From assembly GCA_963676565.1 (NCBI GenBank), contig OY781089.1:1440001-1504000 (forward strand): a stretch of DNA of 64,000 nt. Reading direction: 5' to 3'. The notes below the pieces were generated by a model. The model saw nothing but the letters and a program-made list of their open reading frames with translations, ran no database searches and had not been told where the DNA came from. Position numbers and translations under genes: made by a program. This document shows, one piece after another, positions 60,133-64,000 of this stretch; positions within the stretch are counted from its first letter, which is position 1; each line of letters begins with the position of its first letter. The stretch is from Halarcobacter sp. Its GTDB lineage: Bacteria > Campylobacterota > Campylobacteria > Campylobacterales > Arcobacteraceae.

Positions 60133-60993
60133 TTGTTAAAAGACACAAGAATACAAGGTATGATAATAGCTACCTTAGGTGTTTTTATAATTAGTTTTGA
60201 TGCATTGATAATCAGATTAGCAAACACAGATGCCAGTGTTGTAACATTTTATAGAGGCTTATTTATGGGTATTAGTATGCTTCTTTTATGGCTTGTAAAT
60301 AATAAAGGCAAAATAACATTTAAAATAAAACCAAAAGAGTTTTTAACTTTTAGTCTTGTAACAATTTTTTCTAGTGCAGGGACTTGTTTATTTGTATTTT
60401 CAATAAAATATACTATTGCTGCAAATACAGTTGTACTTCTTGCAACAGCAGCATTTTTTGCAGCGATATTTAGCTATATATTTTTAAAAGAGAAAATTAA
60501 AAGAAATACTTTAATTGCAATAATAATATCATTTTTAGGAATAGCAATTGTTTTTGGAAGTAGTTCCTCTTTTGGTTCTTTAGGGGATTTATTAGGGATT
60601 CTTTTGGCAATTGCAATTGGACTTGAATTAACATTGTTAAGAAAATATCAACATTTTTCAAAGGTTTTGATTATATCATTAAGTGGTTTTTTAATTGCAA
60701 TAATAATGTATTTTTCAAACGACAATATTTTTGATATAACATTAGAAAATCTTCAATGGCTTTTTTTGATGGGCTTTATACAAATTCCATTGGCAATGTA
60801 TTTGATTTTTTTAGCTACAAAATATATCACTTCAGCTGAGGTTAGTTTATTTTCTATTATTGAGACAGTTTTAGCCCCTGTATGGTTATGGCTTGTTTTA
60901 GGTGAATTAGTACCTAAAATGACAATTATTGGAGGAGCATTAGTTGTAATCGCAATATTTATTAATGCTATGCCAAATAAAAAGTATAATTGA
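60133..60993 (+). CDS. DMT/EamA family transporter
   Basis: 10 TM, FLKEK, ETVLAPVWLWLVLGE. Confidence 0.9.
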   Translation: MLKDTRIQGMIIATLGVFIISFDALIIRLANTDASVVTFYRGLFMGISMLLLWLVNNKGKITFKIKPKEFLTFSLVTIFSSAGTCLFVFSIKYTIAANTVVLLATAAFFAAIFSYIFLKEKIKRNTLIAIIISFLGIAIVFGSSSSFGSLGDLLGILLAIAIGLELTLLRKYQHFSKVLIISLSGFLIAIIMYFSNDNIFDITLENLQWLFLMGFIQIPLAMYLIFLATKYITSAEVSLFSIIETVLAPVWLWLVLGELVPKMTIIGGALVVIAIFINAMPNKKYN

Positions 60994-61131
60994 AAATTTT
61001 ATAAGAACATACTATTTTAGGTCAATCTTATAGTAAAAATAACTCTTTTTGATATTTAAAATCTTATATAATTAACTTTTAATTTACCACTGCCTTTTAC
61101 AATTTCATTATCACATTTAAAAAGGTTGATA

Positions 61132-62508
61132 ATGTTAGAAGAACAACTATTTGATATTGAAAGTATCCATTACTCTTATAAAAACGGTACAAAAATCGAA
61201 GATATCGTAAAAGAAGTTTATAGAAGAATTGAAAAAATTAATGATGAAGGAATTTTTATTTATCTTCAATCTTTAAATGAAATTTTAGAAGAAGTTTCAT
61301 CTTTTGATAAAATGGATTTAAAGAAAAAACCACTTTGGGGAATCCCTTTTACAGTTAAAGATAATATAGATGTAAAAGGTATTCCTACAACTGCTGCTTG
61401 TAAAGCATATGAATATATTCCAACAGAAGATGCCTTTGTTGTAAAACTTTTAAAAGAAGCTGGGGCTATTTGTATTGGAAAAACAAATCTAGACCAATTT
61501 GCTTCAGGACTAGTAGGTATTAGAACACCATTTACTCCTCCTAAAAATGCCATTGATCCAAAAATTGTTCCTGGTGGCTCAAGTTGTGGTTCAGCTGTTG
61601 CTGTATCACATCAAATAATAAGTTTCTCTTTAGGAACTGATACTGCTGGTTCAGGAAGAGTCCCTGCTGCATTAAATAATATTGTAGGATTTAAGCCAAC
61701 GCTAGGAACCTTATCAAAGCAAGGAGTTGTTCCAGCTTGTTTAACCCTTGATACTGTTTCAATTTTTGCATTAAGTCTTGATGATGCTAAAAAAATTTAT
61801 GACATCTCTGCAATATTCAATGAAGAAGATCCTTTTTCAATAAAAAGAGAAATAGAACATGTAAAGGATACAAAAGATTTAGTAGTTGGTATACCAGATA
61901 AATTTTCAAAAATATTTTATGGGGATAGTATTGAAGAGGAATCTTATGAAAAGACTTTGAAAACTATAAAAGATAAAGGCTTTAAAACTAAAGAGATTGA
62001 TTTAGAAGCATTTTTTGTCGTTGGAGAGTTATTATATGAAGGTTCATGGATAGCTGAAAGATATACTGTTGTAGGTGATATGATTGAAAATAATCCAGAA
62101 GATATGCTAGAAATTATTAGAATGATAATTTCAAAAGCTAAAAAGTTTTCATCAAGTGATGTATACAAAGATATATACAAATTAAAAGAATTAGAAAGAG
62201 AAATAGAGATTCTTATGGAAGAAGTAGATTTATTAGTTCTTCCAACTCTACCAAAACCATATAGTCTAAAAGATTTAGAAAAAGAGCCACTAGAAGCAAA
62301 CTCAAGGCTTGGCTTATATACAAAGTTCGTAAATTTACTCAATTTCAGTGCTATAGCAATTCCCGTCGAAAAAAGAACTGATGGATTTGCAAGTGGAGTT
62401 ACTGCTATGTCCGTTGCCCAAAAAGATGAGACACTAACATCTTTTTGTAAATCTTTACAAGAGGGAATGGAATTATTTTATGGAAATTCAACAGTAGTTC
62501 AAAAATAG
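61132..62508 (+). CDS. atzF: Allophanate hydrolase-like amidase (amidase domain only)
   Basis: VKDNIDV, GKTNLDQFASGLVG.R, GGSSCGS, GTDTAGSGRVPA, NSRLGLYT.FVNLL. Confidence 0.8.
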   Translation: MLEEQLFDIESIHYSYKNGTKIEDIVKEVYRRIEKINDEGIFIYLQSLNEILEEVSSFDKMDLKKKPLWGIPFTVKDNIDVKGIPTTAACKAYEYIPTEDAFVVKLLKEAGAICIGKTNLDQFASGLVGIRTPFTPPKNAIDPKIVPGGSSCGSAVAVSHQIISFSLGTDTAGSGRVPAALNNIVGFKPTLGTLSKQGVVPACLTLDTVSIFALSLDDAKKIYDISAIFNEEDPFSIKREIEHVKDTKDLVVGIPDKFSKIFYGDSIEEESYEKTLKTIKDKGFKTKEIDLEAFFVVGELLYEGSWIAERYTVVGDMIENNPEDMLEIIRMIISKAKKFSSSDVYKDIYKLKELEREIEILMEEVDLLVLPTLPKPYSLKDLEKEPLEANSRLGLYTKFVNLLNFSAIAIPVEKRTDGFASGVTAMSVAQKDETLTSFCKSLQEGMELFYGNSTVVQK

Positions 62509-62563
62509 TTATATTTGGTGGCATAGCCCAACAAAAAAATAAATTTTATATAAAGGAAAGAAA

Positions 62564-64000
62564 ATGCAAAGAAGAGATTTTATGAAAGTTGCAGCTGCAG
62601 CATCAGTTTTACCATTTTTAAGATATTTACCAGTTGAGGCAAATGCTGCAACTAGAGATGGAATTTTAGTTGTTATTTCAGGTCATACAATTAATAGTTT
62701 AGACTTACATAGAAAAGGAACAAATAGACCAAGTTATGAAGTTACAGTTAACATCTATGACAGACTTGTGAAGTTTGGAACAAAAACTTTAGCTGATGGA
62801 ACAATTGCTTATGATTCTACAAAAATTGAGCCACAAATTGCAAAATCATGGGAGTTTTCTGAAGATAGAAAATCTATTACATTTAAAATTGATGAAAGAG
62901 CAAAATTCTGGGATGGTACACAAGTTACTGCACATGATGTAAAATGGTCTTTTGATAGAGCAGTAAGTCTTGGTGGTTTCCCAACTGTTCAAATGAAAGC
63001 TGGATCAATGACTGACCCAAAACAATTTATTGTTGTAGATGATATGACTTTTAAAATTGAAACTCCTGTTGCTTCTAAATTAACACTTCCAGATTTAGCT
63101 GTTCCAATTCCTTTTATTATAAATTCAAAAGTTGCTAAAAAACATGCAACTGCAAAAGATCCTTGGGCAACTGAATATTTACACAAAACACCAGCAGGTT
63201 CAGGACCATATAAAATTGCTAGATGGGATGCTGGACAACAATATGTTTATCAAAGAAATGAGGATTATGCCGTTGGACCAAAACCTGCAATTCAAAGAGT
63301 TATTGTAAGAGAAGTACCTTCAGCTTCAACAAGAAGAGCATTACTTGAAAGAAAAGATGCTGATTTATATACTGATATTCCACCAAAAGATGTGAAAGAG
63401 TTCAAAGCCGAAGGGAAAATAAAAGTTCAAGGTGCACCAATTGATAACTGCTTACATGTGCTAGGTTTAAATGTAAAGTTCAAACCATTTGATAATAAAA
63501 AAGTAAGACAAGCTATTGCTTATGCAGTTCCATATGAACAAATTATTAAAGCTGCTGCATATGATAGAGCTGTTCCAATGTTTGGTGCAAAAAGTGCTAA
63601 GCCATCTGATATTTCTTGGCCACAAGCTTTCCCTTATGATACTAATATTGAAAAAGCTAAAAAACTTATGGAAGAAGCTGGTTTCAAAGATGGTTTTGAA
63701 ACAACATTATCATATAACTTAGGTATGGCAGATTGGCAAGAACCAACCGCATTACTTATTCAAGAAGCATTGAAAAAAATTGGTATCACTGTTAAACTTG
63801 ATAAAATTCCAGGGGCAAACTGGAGAACAGCAGCACTTGTTGAGAAAAGACTTCCAATGCACTTAGATAACTTTGGTGGATGGTTGAATTATCCTGATTA
63901 TTACTTCTTCTGGGCTTATCAATATGGACATTTATTTAATGGGTCAAATTACAAAAATGAAAGAGTTGAGGAGTTAACAAATAAAACACTTCATATGGAA
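62564..64000 (+). CDS. ABC transporter substrate-binding protein, family 5, Tat signal (runs off window)
   Basis: Not in ORF track. ATG 62564, MQRRDFMKVAAAASVL; IYDRLV, KFWDGT.VTAHDVKWSFDR, GSGPYK, KVRQAIAYA. Confidence 0.9.
   Translation, partial: MQRRDFMKVAAAASVLPFLRYLPVEANAATRDGILVVISGHTINSLDLHRKGTNRPSYEVTVNIYDRLVKFGTKTLADGTIAYDSTKIEPQIAKSWEFSEDRKSITFKIDERAKFWDGTQVTAHDVKWSFDRAVSLGGFPTVQMKAGSMTDPKQFIVVDDMTFKIETPVASKLTLPDLAVPIPFIINSKVAKKHATAKDPWATEYLHKTPAGSGPYKIARWDAGQQYVYQRNEDYAVGPKPAIQRVIVREVPSASTRRALLERKDADLYTDIPPKDVKEFKAEGKIKVQGAPIDNCLHVLGLNVKFKPFDNKKVRQAIAYAVPYEQIIKAAAYDRAVPMFGAKSAKPSDISWPQAFPYDTNIEKAKKLMEEAGFKDGFETTLSYNLGMADWQEPTALLIQEALKKIGITVKLDKIPGANWRTAALVEKRLPMHLDNFGGWLNYPDYYFFWAYQYGHLFNGSNYKNERVEELTNKTLHME

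Noticed and set aside
61099..61113. Fur-like half site (ACAATTTCATTATCA) and an Nss half site (GTCAA at ~61021)
   Set aside because: Only one arm matches in each case; expected by chance in AT-rich DNA.
60994..61131. Guanidine (ykkC) riboswitch upstream of the allophanate hydrolase
   Set aside because: The leader is AT-rich with none of the conserved ykkC or mini-ykkC motifs or stems.
403..63722. About 25 short ORFs in the track overlapping larger genes (e.g. 403-588, 7235-7426, 16558-16785, 22489-22740, 36566-38128 set, 54714-55043, 61266-62342, 62989-63186, 63516-63722)
   Set aside because: Antisense or off-frame shadows of well-supported genes; no family motifs recognised.

Overview
Very AT-rich chromosomal window from a Campylobacterota bacterium, most consistent with Arcobacteraceae. 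The assignment rests on the cytochrome-c-fused clade II NosZ, many 'IAHQWRQPL' histidine kinases and the -10-dominated promoters. Left half (1-31.6 kb) is a denitrification/NO-stress region: norCB (norB runs off the edge), norE/norF-like genes, a DUF2249-SufT-HPP-NnrS-YgbA operon, cytochrome c553, an RND pump, two two-component systems and a complete clade II nos cluster (nosZ-B-D-G-C1-C2-H-F-L-Y-L). The nos cluster is followed by an uncharacterised module of three more NosL-fold genes, a LolE/LolD-like ABC transporter and a Cys-rich membrane protein. Four sites carry a Crp/Fnr (Nss/Dnr-type) box at class II activator spacing; three also have an abutting Fur-like element. Right half: dinB, sensors and an MCP, mscS, a Fur-boxed DUF2325/dead-McrC-like/flavodoxin operon, an L,D-transpeptidase, tesA-ybbAP, and a Fur-boxed imelysin/di-heme cluster ending in an in-frame fatty-acid-hydroxylase::MauG/CCP fusion with an internal start. 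It ends with lemA, two Cache kinases (one with His->Asp at the phospho-site), rhodanese, a DMT transporter, a C-terminally short allophanate hydrolase and a Tat-exported ABC binding protein. No rRNA, tRNA, CRISPR or transposase was seen. All calls come from motif recognition by eye; no searches were run.
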